Assembly (NCBI GenBank): GCA_002392545.1
Contig: DGHF01000136.1
Coordinates: 7,932 to 64,279 of the forward strand
Direction of reading: 5' to 3'
From: Ruminococcus sp. UBA3855
Lineage (GTDB): Bacteria; Bacillota; Clostridia; Oscillospirales; Ruminococcaceae
Length of the DNA stretch: 56,348 bases
Below are positions 45,775 through 54,109 of the stretch, in pieces. How positions within the stretch are numbered: position 1 is the stretch's first letter; each line of letters opens with the position of its first letter. The translations under genes and the position numbers were made by a program. A model generated the notes under the pieces. The model saw only the letters and a list, made by a program, of their open reading frames with translations. It was not told the origin of the DNA and made no database searches.

Positions 45775-46286
45775 TTGAAATTTACTGTGGCGATGGCAAG
45801 GGAAAAACCACCTCTGCCATCGGGCTGGCTGTCCGTGGGGCTGGTGCTGGAATGCGTGTACATATTGTGCAATTCCTCAAAGGCGGTCACACCTCAGAAC
45901 TTTCCATTCTGGAAAACATCCCCAATATTACCATTATGCGCTGTGACAAGGAATATGGTTTTACGTTCAACATGGACGACACCGAAAAAGAACGCCTTAC
46001 CGCCTGCCACAATGACCTGCTTCACAAGGCATCTGACCTCATTTGGAGCGGTAAAACAGATATGCTTATTTTAGATGAGTATTTCTGTGCATACAACCTG
46101 CATCTGTTCGACAAGGAATTTGCAAACAGAATTGTTTTCACCTGCCCTGATACCGTCGAGCTGATTTTAACCGGACGTGACCCCGAACCACAGTTCATTG
46201 AAAAGGCGGATTATGTAAGCGAGATTCACGCTGTCAAGCATCCTTATGAAAATGGCATTTCTGCCAGAGAGGGCATCGAGTACTGA
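45771..46286 (+). CDS. cobO: Cob(I)yrinic acid a,c-diamide / cobalamin adenosyltransferase (CobO/BtuR family)
   Basis: 171 aa. P-loop YCGDGKGKTTSAIG, followed by VQFLKG. ATGA overlap with the anti-sigma gene. Confidence 0.8.
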   Translation: MIEIYCGDGKGKTTSAIGLAVRGAGAGMRVHIVQFLKGGHTSELSILENIPNITIMRCDKEYGFTFNMDDTEKERLTACHNDLLHKASDLIWSGKTDMLILDEYFCAYNLHLFDKEFANRIVFTCPDTVELILTGRDPEPQFIEKADYVSEIHAVKHPYENGISAREGIEY

Positions 46287-46369
46287 CACGCCGTAATTTC
46301 ATTATATCATACTTCAAAAAAGAAATCAAGTGTAATTGGAAATATTTTTTGTCGTATTTGTTCGCAAAT

Positions 46370-46406
46370 AAAAAAACATCCTGATTTGAAATCAGGATGT
46401 TTTTTT
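46370..46406. terminator. Bidirectional intrinsic terminator (cobO on plus, tRNA-Arg on minus)
   Basis: Stem CATCCTGAT / ATCAGGATG flanked by A7 and T7. Confidence 0.85.
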
Positions 46407-46413
46407 GTTGGAG

Positions 46414-46487
46414 CGTGCCTGAAGGGACTCGAACCCCCGACCTACTGGTTCGTAGCCAGTCACTCTATCCAGCTGAGCTACAGGCAC
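46414..46487 (-). tRNA. tRNA-Arg (anticodon ACG)
   Basis: Reverse complement reads GTGCCTGTAGCTCAGCTGGATAGAGTGACTGGCTACGAACCAGTAGGTCGGGGGTTCGAGTCCCTTCAGGCACG. It folds as a cloverleaf with anticodon loop CTACGAA. CCA is not encoded. Confidence 0.9.
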
Positions 46488-46505
46488 ATCTTCTCAACAA
46501 GTATT

Positions 46506-46534
46506 ATTATAGCACAAGTCAATCGATTTGTCAA
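46506..46534 (-). promoter_or_regulatory. Sigma-A promoter of tRNA-Arg with upstream phased A/T tracts
   Basis: Minus strand TTGACA, 17-bp spacer, TATAAT with TGn. TTTTCAAAA-type units repeat about every 10 bp across 46541-46620. Confidence 0.7.
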
Positions 46535-46625
46535 GCCTTTTTTCAAAAAAATTTTCAAAAATTTTCAAAATATTTGAAAATGGCTTCAAATAGCTAAAAT
46601 TTTCAAAAAAATTTTTTCAAGGCAT

Positions 46626-46655
46626 AAAAAAAGGGGAGGTATCCCCTCCCCTTTT
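46626..46655 (-). terminator. Intrinsic terminator after hpf
   Basis: GC-rich stem AGGGGAGG / CCTCCCCT, flanked by an A-run and TTTT. Confidence 0.8.
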
Positions 46656-46684
46656 ACATTGCATCGGGTCAACAGTTCCGGAAA

Positions 46685-47209
46685 TCAGTCTTCATCCGGA
46701 ACAAGTACTGCATAACCACCGCCGTCACGCTTGTAAACGACATTGACAGCTCCTGTTTCTGCATTCTTGAACATGAAGAAAGCATGTCCGAGCATATTCA
46801 TCTGCAAGATTGCTTCGTCGGTGCTCATGGGGCGGAGCTTGAATTTCTTGGTACGCAGAACGGAGAAATCCACCTCTTCAATGGGTTCTTCAAATTCCTG
46901 CTTGAAAGCGGAATCCTTGAGACGCTTTTCAAGACGGGTCTTGTTCTTGCGAATTTGGCGGATAATCTTGTCAACAGCAGCATCCAGAGCCTCATTTTTG
47001 TCAACAGCGGTCTGTTCTGCACGATAGAACATCTGGTTATAATGAACGGTCAATTCAAGGACGATGTTCCCTTTCAGTTCTGTGAGCATGATTTTTGCAT
47101 CCGCTTCGTCACCAAAGAACTTGTCAAGCTTGGAATCGAGCCGCTTCTGTGCGTACTCTGTAAAAGCCTGAGAAACCTGCATTTTTTTCGCATTGATTGT
47201 AATATTCAA
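46685..47209 (-). CDS. hpf: Ribosome hibernation promoting factor (long form)
   Basis: 174 aa with a TTG start and a GGAGGA RBS 6 nt upstream. S30AE/RaiA-type N-domain plus a C-terminal dimerisation domain (MSTDEAILQMNMLGHAFFMF). Confidence 0.9.
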   Translation of the reverse strand: MNITINAKKMQVSQAFTEYAQKRLDSKLDKFFGDEADAKIMLTELKGNIVLELTVHYNQMFYRAEQTAVDKNEALDAAVDKIIRQIRKNKTRLEKRLKDSAFKQEFEEPIEEVDFSVLRTKKFKLRPMSTDEAILQMNMLGHAFFMFKNAETGAVNVVYKRDGGGYAVLVPDED

Positions 47210-47260
47210 AACAATTCCTCCTTGTTCACGGAATACAATTGTACTCCGGTTGATGATTCT

Positions 47261-47289
47261 ATTATAACATATTTGATAAAAAATTTCAA
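47261..47289 (-). promoter_or_regulatory. Sigma-A-type promoter of hpf
   Basis: Minus strand TTGAAA, 17-bp spacer, TATAAT with TGn. A/T tracts lie upstream (47290-47340). Confidence 0.6.
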
Positions 47290-47389
47290 GTGTTTTTTTA
47301 AAAATTTAGAAAAAAATCTGAAAAGTTTCAAAAATCGCATCAAATCATGAATAATTGGTGTCAGCTTTCTGAAAATTCAGAAAATTCTG

Positions 47390-47418
47390 TTGCAGAAATT
47401 CCGAAAATGTATTATAAT
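47390..47418 (+). promoter_or_regulatory. Sigma-A-type promoter of the FHA-SEDS-PBP operon
   Basis: TTGCAG, 17-bp spacer, TATAAT. Confidence 0.55.
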
Positions 47419-47457
47419 AGATAGTGAAAACTTTCAAAAGAAAAGGAGTGATTCAGG

Positions 47458-47949
47458 TTGAAAGAATTGTTCACCTATCTTTCAAGACTGACAATTCCCG
47501 ACTTGGTTCTTTGTGCGGCGGCGGTTGTGATTCTGGATTTGTTCGCATTCGCTGTGATACTGTCCGCCTACAAAGAAAGCAACCTCTGCAAAAAACGCTG
47601 GGAAAAAGTCGGGGCAAATATGGAACTGCGCATGAGAGGAAAAAATGCAGAGGGCAATACAGAAATATTGCACTTTCCCCTTGAAGCAGATGAAATTTTG
47701 CTCGGTCGGCATATTTCGGCTGACATTCGTTTACCGGATGAATCTGTTTCAAGGTATCACGCTTTAATGACGGTCACGGGCGGAGTCTGGAGTATTACGG
47801 ATTTAGGCTCAAAAAGCGGTACATTCGTCAACGGCAATCGCATTCAGCAAACAAGCTTACAGTCTGGTGATGTGATTCAGTTCGGCACAATGCAGATGAA
47901 ATTCACCAAAAAGCCAAACCCTCAGAGAGGAGGTCAGCGGAATGTTTAA
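47458..47949 (+). CDS. FHA-domain membrane protein (FhaB-like)
   Basis: 163 aa with a TTG start and an AAGGAG RBS 9 nt upstream. N-terminal TM helix, then FHA core LGRHISADIRLPDESVSRYHA...GSKSGTFVNG. Confidence 0.75.
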   Translation: MKELFTYLSRLTIPDLVLCAAAVVILDLFAFAVILSAYKESNLCKKRWEKVGANMELRMRGKNAEGNTEILHFPLEADEILLGRHISADIRLPDESVSRYHALMTVTGGVWSITDLGSKSGTFVNGNRIQQTSLQSGDVIQFGTMQMKFTKKPNPQRGGQRNV

Positions 47950-49240
47950 AAACGGCATTTCTTATGCTGGTACAATTTTCCTGATGCTTCTGACACATAT
48001 TTCCATGCTGGGAATTGTCTTTGTCAGGGGAAATTACGGAAATATTTCAGACCTTGCCATTCTGGCTGGGGCAGTGCTTGTGATGGATTTTGTGGGGCTG
48101 TTTGTAATGAAACGCTACAGACAGATGACATATACCCTTGACATTATGCTGTTGGGAATCCTGAACATGAGTTTGATTTTTCAATCCTGTTTTGGTGGGG
48201 TTCACTTGTCAATTAAACATCTGGTTACCTGCATAGCGGCATTGGTAGCATGTGAATTGGGATTTCTCCTCACAAGAGACCATGAATGGATTCGAAAACA
48301 AAAGAAATTTGTTTATGTTGTCATTGGCTTGCTTGTGCTGGCGATTCTGTTTCTGACAGGCGGGCGCAGTATGTGGATAACCATAGGAAGTTTTTCAATA
48401 CAGCCCTCTGAATTTATCAAGCCATGTTATATTTTAATCTGTGCAGCATCCATTGTGGAACTTCACAAGAAAGTGAAGGTATTATTCTTTCATGTTTCCA
48501 TGGATACGCTTTTCATGGGAGCGGTGACAATCCTCATATTCGGTTTACAATGGTGGTGTCGAGACCTTGGAAGCCTGCCGACATTCGGGGCAATTTTTGT
48601 ATGTTCGCTGTTCTGCCGTCTCTGCTACCCGAAAGCGAAAATCAACAAGACGGCGATTGCATCCATGTGTGTAGGCGGAATTTTGTTGTTAATGATTGCT
48701 TGGATGCTTGCACCTGCATATGTGCAGGAGCGTTTACATGTAGATATCTGGGCTGACCAGTACGGCACGGGGTATCAGCAATGTCAAGCCCTGATTGGAA
48801 TTGCCCGTGGCGGATGGTTGGGAGTTGGCGCAGGTCAGGGAAATCTGCACAAGGTCTTTGCACATGAATCTGATATTGTATTTTCGACAATCTGTGAAGA
48901 ATGGGGTTTGCTGTATGCTTCTCTGACAGTACTCATGATTTTGATTATGCTGACAACAATTCTGATGAATCCGCCGAAAAGTTATTATCATGCAACCATG
49001 GCAGCCGGAGTTGTTGCGGCATTTGTGGCGCAGATGGCATTGAATATTTTCGGCTCATGCAACATGATACCATTCACAGGGGTGACATTGCCTTTTATTT
49101 CACAGGGAGGCAGTTCCATGGTGACTTGCGGTTTTCTGGTGGGAATGCTCAAAGCCGGACAATCCCCGCTGTTTCATCATGAAATCATTGAAATAACCGC
49201 TCAACAGCCACGCAGAAGAACAAGGAGGAATGCAACATGA
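47942..49240 (+). CDS. SEDS-family peptidoglycan polymerase (RodA/FtsW)
   Basis: 432 aa, multi-TM. QPSEFIKP and a C-terminal GVTLPFISQGGSS motif. Confidence 0.85.
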   Translation: MFKNGISYAGTIFLMLLTHISMLGIVFVRGNYGNISDLAILAGAVLVMDFVGLFVMKRYRQMTYTLDIMLLGILNMSLIFQSCFGGVHLSIKHLVTCIAALVACELGFLLTRDHEWIRKQKKFVYVVIGLLVLAILFLTGGRSMWITIGSFSIQPSEFIKPCYILICAASIVELHKKVKVLFFHVSMDTLFMGAVTILIFGLQWWCRDLGSLPTFGAIFVCSLFCRLCYPKAKINKTAIASMCVGGILLLMIAWMLAPAYVQERLHVDIWADQYGTGYQQCQALIGIARGGWLGVGAGQGNLHKVFAHESDIVFSTICEEWGLLYASLTVLMILIMLTTILMNPPKSYYHATMAAGVVAAFVAQMALNIFGSCNMIPFTGVTLPFISQGGSSMVTCGFLVGMLKAGQSPLFHHEIIEITAQQPRRRTRRNAT

Positions 49241-50607
49241 AAAGCATCCGCAGAGGTCAGTTTTTAATCATCATCATGCTGTTGATTTTTCTCTTCATGT
49301 TCGGCATTTTGATTTACAAGTTACAGCATGAATCTGCTTTCTACATCTCTCACGCACATGGTACATCATTAGGGAAAGTGTTTGACAGAAACGGAGACGT
49401 TTTATTTGACCCTGATGCAACCGCTGAAAAATACGGTCAGGATTATTTCATTGACATTGGTAATCTCATCGGGGACGATTCCAGACAGATGACAAATACC
49501 CTTGTTGCCCAAAATAAAGACCTGCTGGCAAATTTCAGTTTCATGCTCGGTGAACAGTCCAACGGAAATGCTTCAATTCACTGCACCCTTGACCACGATG
49601 TCAACCGGACTGTCTATGATGCGTTCGGCTCAAAGAATGGCTGTGCCATTGCTTACAATTACATTACCGGAGAAATTTATATTTGTCTCAGCAAACCCAG
49701 CGTGAATATTTTGAATCATTATGCCGATATTGACAGTCTGGAAAACGGAAGCCTGCTTTGTTCGGTATTTTATCCGACTGTTCCGGGTTCTACGCAAAAG
49801 ATAGCAACAACCATTTCCGCCTTGGAACATATGGGCTATGACAAACTGATGTCAAAACAGTACGATTGTACAGGCAGTTACACTAATTTGAGTGATACCG
49901 TTATCAAGTGTCATCAGGCTTCGGGGCATGGTACGCAAAATATTATAGATGCTTTCGCTAACAGCTGTAACCCCTTCTTTGCACAACTGGTCGAAGACCC
50001 TGACTGGAAACTTTCTGACATTGAAGAAACTTACCAGAAAATGGGCTTTTGTGTCAATAATGAGACAGACCAGACTTATCTCAATATCAACGGAATCAGT
50101 GCTTATACCGCTTCTACATTTCTCACCGATAAAAAGGACTTTAACACCCAATGGGGCTGTATGGGACAAGGTACAACCCTCGCAAGCCCCTTGCAGATTA
50201 TGACTTGGCAAAGTGCCATAGCCAACAGCAACGGCGTTTCCACAATGCCTTACCTGATTGACTATGCAACCACCGTCAGCGGAGATGTGACCGCTCAGGC
50301 AAAGACAGAATATTCCGCTCAGATGTTCACCGAAAAAACCGCCCTGAATATGCGTGAAATCATGCTCCAGAACGGCAGAAAACGTTATTCCAATGTCCTC
50401 CCTGATACGGATATCGGTGTCAAGAGTGGTACAGCTCAGATTGGCAATGCCAAAACAGAAAATTCCCTTCTGACTGGTTTCGTGGATGATGTCAATTTTC
50501 CAATTGCATTTTGCATCATGATTGAAAACAGAGTTTCAGGGGAAGTCACAACCGACCAGATAGCTTCTGTGATGCTCAAAAATTTAAAAGATTCCCTCAA
50601 TTCCTGA
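49237..50607 (+). CDS. Class B penicillin-binding protein (transpeptidase)
   Basis: 456 aa with an ATGA overlap with the SEDS gene. N-terminal TM helix. SxxK (GSTQK), SxN (SCN) and KSG (KSGTA) motifs. Confidence 0.8.
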   Translation: MKSIRRGQFLIIIMLLIFLFMFGILIYKLQHESAFYISHAHGTSLGKVFDRNGDVLFDPDATAEKYGQDYFIDIGNLIGDDSRQMTNTLVAQNKDLLANFSFMLGEQSNGNASIHCTLDHDVNRTVYDAFGSKNGCAIAYNYITGEIYICLSKPSVNILNHYADIDSLENGSLLCSVFYPTVPGSTQKIATTISALEHMGYDKLMSKQYDCTGSYTNLSDTVIKCHQASGHGTQNIIDAFANSCNPFFAQLVEDPDWKLSDIEETYQKMGFCVNNETDQTYLNINGISAYTASTFLTDKKDFNTQWGCMGQGTTLASPLQIMTWQSAIANSNGVSTMPYLIDYATTVSGDVTAQAKTEYSAQMFTEKTALNMREIMLQNGRKRYSNVLPDTDIGVKSGTAQIGNAKTENSLLTGFVDDVNFPIAFCIMIENRVSGEVTTDQIASVMLKNLKDSLNS

Positions 50608-50634
50608 AAAAATGAAAAGAAAGGATGTGTTATC

Positions 50635-51621
50635 ATGTCAGATAATCAAGCCCCCATGCAGAGATTGAAAATCCTCTACCTTTACAAAATCCTCATGGAA
50701 AAAACAGACGAAAATCACCCCATTTCTATGCCGGAAATCATTCGGGAACTCCAGACATACGGCATTCAGGCAGGCAGAAAAGCCCTCTATGAAGATATTG
50801 AAGCCCTTCGGGCTTTCGGGTTGGATATTGTGTCAACCCGTGGCAGTCAAGCCGGATATTGTGTCGTAAGCAGGAGTTTTCAGCTCCCCGAACTGAAATT
50901 GTTAGCGGATGCCGTCGCCTCTTCCAGATTCCTGACCGAAAAAAAGGCGAAACAGTTGATTGAAAAAATCAGCTCCCTCGGCAGTCCCTACGAAACAGGG
51001 CAAATCAAACGTCAGATTTATATTGCCAACCGCACTAAAGCCATCAATGAAAGAATCTATCTCAATGTGGATGCCATTCACAGAGCCATTACCGAAAATA
51101 AAAAAATCTCTTTCCGCTATTTCAAATACAATGTCGAAAAGAAAAAGAAGTACAGCCCTGATTTACATATCTGTTCCCCCTATGCATTGACTTGGGACGA
51201 TGAGCGTTATTATCTTGTCGCACACTATGACAAATACCCCGATAAAATGACAAATTTCCGTGTTGACCGTATGGAAAGCGTTCAGCTCCTCGACGAACCA
51301 GCCCAGAAACTCCCCAAAGGTTTCAGTCTGAAAGAATACCTTTCTTCGACATTTTCCATGTTCAGCGGAACTTCTCAGGATATTCAGCTTCGGTTCGAAA
51401 ATGAGCTTGTCAGTGCTGTGATTGACCGCTTCGGAACGGATGTGAAATTACATCCTGATGATGACAACCATTTTACCCTCACTGTCAGAATCAAAGCGGA
51501 ACAGCCCTTTTTCGGGTGGCTGTTCGGGTTCGGAACAAGAGCGCAGATTATCCAGCCGGATGACGTTCGGGAAAAATATATCAATATGCTGAAAGAAGTT
51601 CTTTCCAATTCCACAAAGTGA
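50635..51621 (+). CDS. WYL-domain transcriptional regulator (second copy in the window)
   Basis: 328 aa. N-terminal wHTH (ISMPEIIRELQTYGIQAGRKALYEDIEAL). WYL core (ISFRYFKYN...SPYALTWDDERYYLVAHYDKYPDKMTNFRVDRM). C-terminal extension. Confidence 0.8.
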   Translation: MSDNQAPMQRLKILYLYKILMEKTDENHPISMPEIIRELQTYGIQAGRKALYEDIEALRAFGLDIVSTRGSQAGYCVVSRSFQLPELKLLADAVASSRFLTEKKAKQLIEKISSLGSPYETGQIKRQIYIANRTKAINERIYLNVDAIHRAITENKKISFRYFKYNVEKKKKYSPDLHICSPYALTWDDERYYLVAHYDKYPDKMTNFRVDRMESVQLLDEPAQKLPKGFSLKEYLSSTFSMFSGTSQDIQLRFENELVSAVIDRFGTDVKLHPDDDNHFTLTVRIKAEQPFFGWLFGFGTRAQIIQPDDVREKYINMLKEVLSNSTK

Positions 51622-51626
51622 AGTAA

Positions 51627-51660
51627 AAAACCGCTCCGGATTTTTCGGGGCGGTTTCGTT
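51627..51660 (+). terminator. Intrinsic terminator
   Basis: Stem AAACCGCTCCG / CGGGGCGGTTT (one G-U pair) with a 7-nt loop, then TTTCGTTTG. Confidence 0.7.
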
Positions 51661-51708
51661 TGATTCACAATACAAAAAGTCGCCAACCGAAATTGACGAC
51701 TTCCATTT

Positions 51709-51784
51709 TGGCAGGGGCACCAAGATTCGAACTCGGGACACGTGGTTTTGGAGACCACTGCTCTACCAACTGAGCTATACCCCT
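51709..51784 (-). tRNA. tRNA-Trp (anticodon CCA)
   Basis: Reverse complement reads AGGGGTATAGCTCAGTTGGTAGAGCAGTGGTCTCCAAAACCACGTGTCCCGAGTTCGAATCTTGGTGCCCCTGCCA. It folds as a cloverleaf with anticodon loop CTCCAAA. The 3' CCA is encoded. Confidence 0.9.
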
Positions 51785-51824
51785 ATCTAATTTTCTGTCG
51801 TCCGTACTTCCCGACGACTATTAT

Positions 51825-51853
51825 AGTATAGCACATTTCAAAGGATTTGTCAA
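51825..51853 (-). promoter_or_regulatory. Sigma-A promoter of tRNA-Trp
   Basis: Minus strand TTGACA, 17-bp spacer, TATACT with TGn. It shares TTGACAAATC and GTGCTATA with the tRNA-Arg promoter. A/T tracts lie at 51854-51900. Confidence 0.65.
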
Positions 51854-51922
51854 GCCTTTTTTCAAAATTTTTTCAAATTTTTTTGAATTTTTATGATATT
51901 CCCGATATTTCGGCATAAACAA

Positions 51923-51954
51923 GGAACGGCTCACCCCAAAAGGCGAACCGTTCC
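51923..51954 (-). terminator. Possible terminator after the small secreted-peptide gene
   Basis: 7-bp stem GGAACGG / CCGTTCC with an 18-nt loop. The minus strand then reads TTGTTTAT. Confidence 0.35.
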
Positions 51955-52006
51955 CCAAAAACAGGAGATGTTTTTATGAAGAAATCGTTTTTAATGAGTC
52001 AGAATA

Positions 52007-52204
52007 TTATTTTCTGACTTTTTTTGAGCCTTCATCATCTGAGAAAGAAGGGTCTCCGGCAAGTTGTTCGGCAGTTGTTTCGGTTTCGTTGTGAAATAAT
52101 GTTTCCTCTGTCGGGGTTTCGTCATTGGTAGCAAAGGCAGTTGCTGAAAGTCCAGACAGACACATTGCCAACGTTGCAGACCATGCAAGCAGTTTTGTTT
52201 TCAT
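52007..52204 (-). CDS. Small secreted acidic peptide (65 aa precursor)
   Basis: AAGGAGGG RBS 8 nt upstream. Sec-type signal MKTKLLAWSATLAMCLSGLSATAFA, then an acidic 40-aa mature part ending KKVRK. Confidence 0.5.
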   Translation of the reverse strand: MKTKLLAWSATLAMCLSGLSATAFATNDETPTEETLFHNETETTAEQLAGDPSFSDDEGSKKVRK

Positions 52205-52309
52205 AGGTTTTGCCCTCCTTGTTAAAATGCTTTCTACTCAATAAGACGGAATTCCCCCCAAAAAATTGCACATGATTTTGTAAACAAATTGTAAACTATT
52301 CATGAATAA

Positions 52310-52335
52310 AATGCACCATCCGAAGACAGTGCATT
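52310..52335 (-). terminator. Candidate intrinsic terminator after the trmH-family gene
   Basis: Stem AATGCAC / GTGCATT with an inner extension closing on a UUCG loop (minus strand), followed by TTATT. Confidence 0.5.
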
Positions 52336-52344
52336 AAAAAAATA

Positions 52345-53154
52345 TTATCGTTTTCTCAATTCCCAGAATGCCACGGCACTAGCAGAAGCGACATTGAGAG
52401 AATCCACCCCGTGCATCATGGGTATTTTGACAGTTGCATCACAAGCCTGAATGGTTTCCGGCTTTAAGCCCTCTCCCTCCGTGCCGAGGATGACAGCAAG
52501 CTTTTTTTGTTGGGACAGCTCCGGCGCATCAATATTGATGGTGTCATTCCGCAGAGCCATTGCCACGGTGAAAAATCCTGATGCTTTCAACAGCTCCACA
52601 TAATCCGGCGCACCGCACGGAAAATATGTCCACGGTATCTGAAATACCGTCCCCATGCTCACACGCACTGACCGCCGATATAAGGGGTCACTGCATGACG
52701 GTGTTAATATGACGGCATCCATCCCCAACGCAGCCGCAGACCGGAAAATTGCTCCCACATTGGTTTGATTCATGATGTCTTCCAAGACGGCGACACGCTC
52801 CGCATTTGCAAGCACTCCGGAAAGGTCAGAAGGCTTTTGTCGGTACATGGCACAAAGTACCCCCTGTGTCATTTGATAGCCTGTAATGGCTTTGAGTACC
52901 TCAGAATCCGCCGTGTAAACATCCGCCTGACAGCGGTCAATAATATCACTTGCCTGCCCTGTGACGTACTTTTTTTCGCATAACAATGATATGGGCTGAT
53001 ATCCTGCATCCAGTGCCCTGCGGATAACTTTGGGACTTTCGGCAATGAAAATGCCGATTTCCGGCTCATTCCAATGAAAAAGCTGTTTTTCGTTGGTACA
53101 TTGATAGGGTGCAAGTTCCGGTAAAGACAAATCATTTACTTCAATAATATTCAT
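52345..53154 (-). CDS. SpoU/TrmH-family RNA 2'-O-methyltransferase
   Basis: 269 aa from ATG 53154 (ATGA overlap with the upstream gene). SpoU motifs LEDIMNQTNVGAIFRSAAA, LGTEGEGL and IPMMHGVDSLNVASA. Confidence 0.8.
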   Translation of the reverse strand: MNIIEVNDLSLPELAPYQCTNEKQLFHWNEPEIGIFIAESPKVIRRALDAGYQPISLLCEKKYVTGQASDIIDRCQADVYTADSEVLKAITGYQMTQGVLCAMYRQKPSDLSGVLANAERVAVLEDIMNQTNVGAIFRSAAALGMDAVILTPSCSDPLYRRSVRVSMGTVFQIPWTYFPCGAPDYVELLKASGFFTVAMALRNDTINIDAPELSQQKKLAVILGTEGEGLKPETIQACDATVKIPMMHGVDSLNVASASAVAFWELRKR

Positions 53155-54092
53155 GTGACTGCATTTCCTTTGATATAATCGTAAATCATTTTTCTGCCGT
53201 CTTTGGCTTCGGGGAGAAATCCAGCAGCCGCCCAAGTATGCATCATTTCTCTGCCAACAATTGTATTTAATTTGACATTATCCTGAATGCATTTTTGCTT
53301 GATTTCCTCCAACTGCACAGAAAGGTATTCTTTTTCGCCATAAATGACCAGCATTTCAGGGAAACCCTTCCAATTGTAATGTATCGGCGACTTAAACCAT
53401 GGAACATCAGAGCAATTCACTCCTGCTATATCCATCAATTTTCCCATATCCCGAATATATTCCGGCGGAAACATACAATCAGAATCACCCATATCTTGAA
53501 TTGATGCATATTGTTCCATGGTCAAAGGAATGCGGACAGTTGGCGAAAACAAAATCAATTTTTCCGGCAATGAGATTCCTAATTTTCTTTGCTTAATGTG
53601 TACCATGGATGACAAACAGAGACTTGCACCAGACGACAGCCCAAAAAATATAATATCATGTGCGGAATGCGTTTTCAAGGCTTCCCGATATACCTGTAAA
53701 GCAGATTCGATAATTTTCTCCGCTGTCGTATCCGGAAATAGCGGATACCATACCAACCAAACTTCTGCGCCGGTCTTGTCTGCCATATCCTGTGCAAATT
53801 CAAAATCTCCCTTATCGCCTGCCATCATGAACCCACCGCCGAAAAAATACATCACCAATTTTTTGAACGGTTCGGAAGAATGGCTATGTACTGCATAATA
53901 ATGGGTATCCCCTGCCTGATTTTCGTCAAAAGAATACTTCCTGTGCAGTTTTTCCAAAGGGAGAACTGTCTTTTTTTGATTTTCACGGCATTCATTGATA
54001 TAATTTGTGGTATCTGTGATAGCCCTTTTCATCACAGGCTGAACAGACCGCCGGAATAATTTTTCAGTCAATTTATAAGCTAGTGTTGCCAT
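53151..54092 (-). CDS. Alpha/beta hydrolase (esterase/lipase, fold-3 type)
   Basis: 313 aa. Oxyanion FFGGGF and nucleophile elbow GLSSGA (GxSxG). Confidence 0.75.
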   Translation of the reverse strand: MATLAYKLTEKLFRRSVQPVMKRAITDTTNYINECRENQKKTVLPLEKLHRKYSFDENQAGDTHYYAVHSHSSEPFKKLVMYFFGGGFMMAGDKGDFEFAQDMADKTGAEVWLVWYPLFPDTTAEKIIESALQVYREALKTHSAHDIIFFGLSSGASLCLSSMVHIKQRKLGISLPEKLILFSPTVRIPLTMEQYASIQDMGDSDCMFPPEYIRDMGKLMDIAGVNCSDVPWFKSPIHYNWKGFPEMLVIYGEKEYLSVQLEEIKQKCIQDNVKLNTIVGREMMHTWAAAGFLPEAKDGRKMIYDYIKGNAVT

Positions 54093-54109
54093 GTCTCACA
54101 TCTCCCCTG

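Noticed and set aside
46386-46597. 63- and 66-aa plus-strand ORFs
   Set aside because: They overlap the tRNA-Arg gene and its promoter on the opposite strand.
51384-51758. 124-aa and 97-aa minus-strand ORFs
   Set aside because: They overlap tRNA-Trp and run antisense into the WYL regulator gene.
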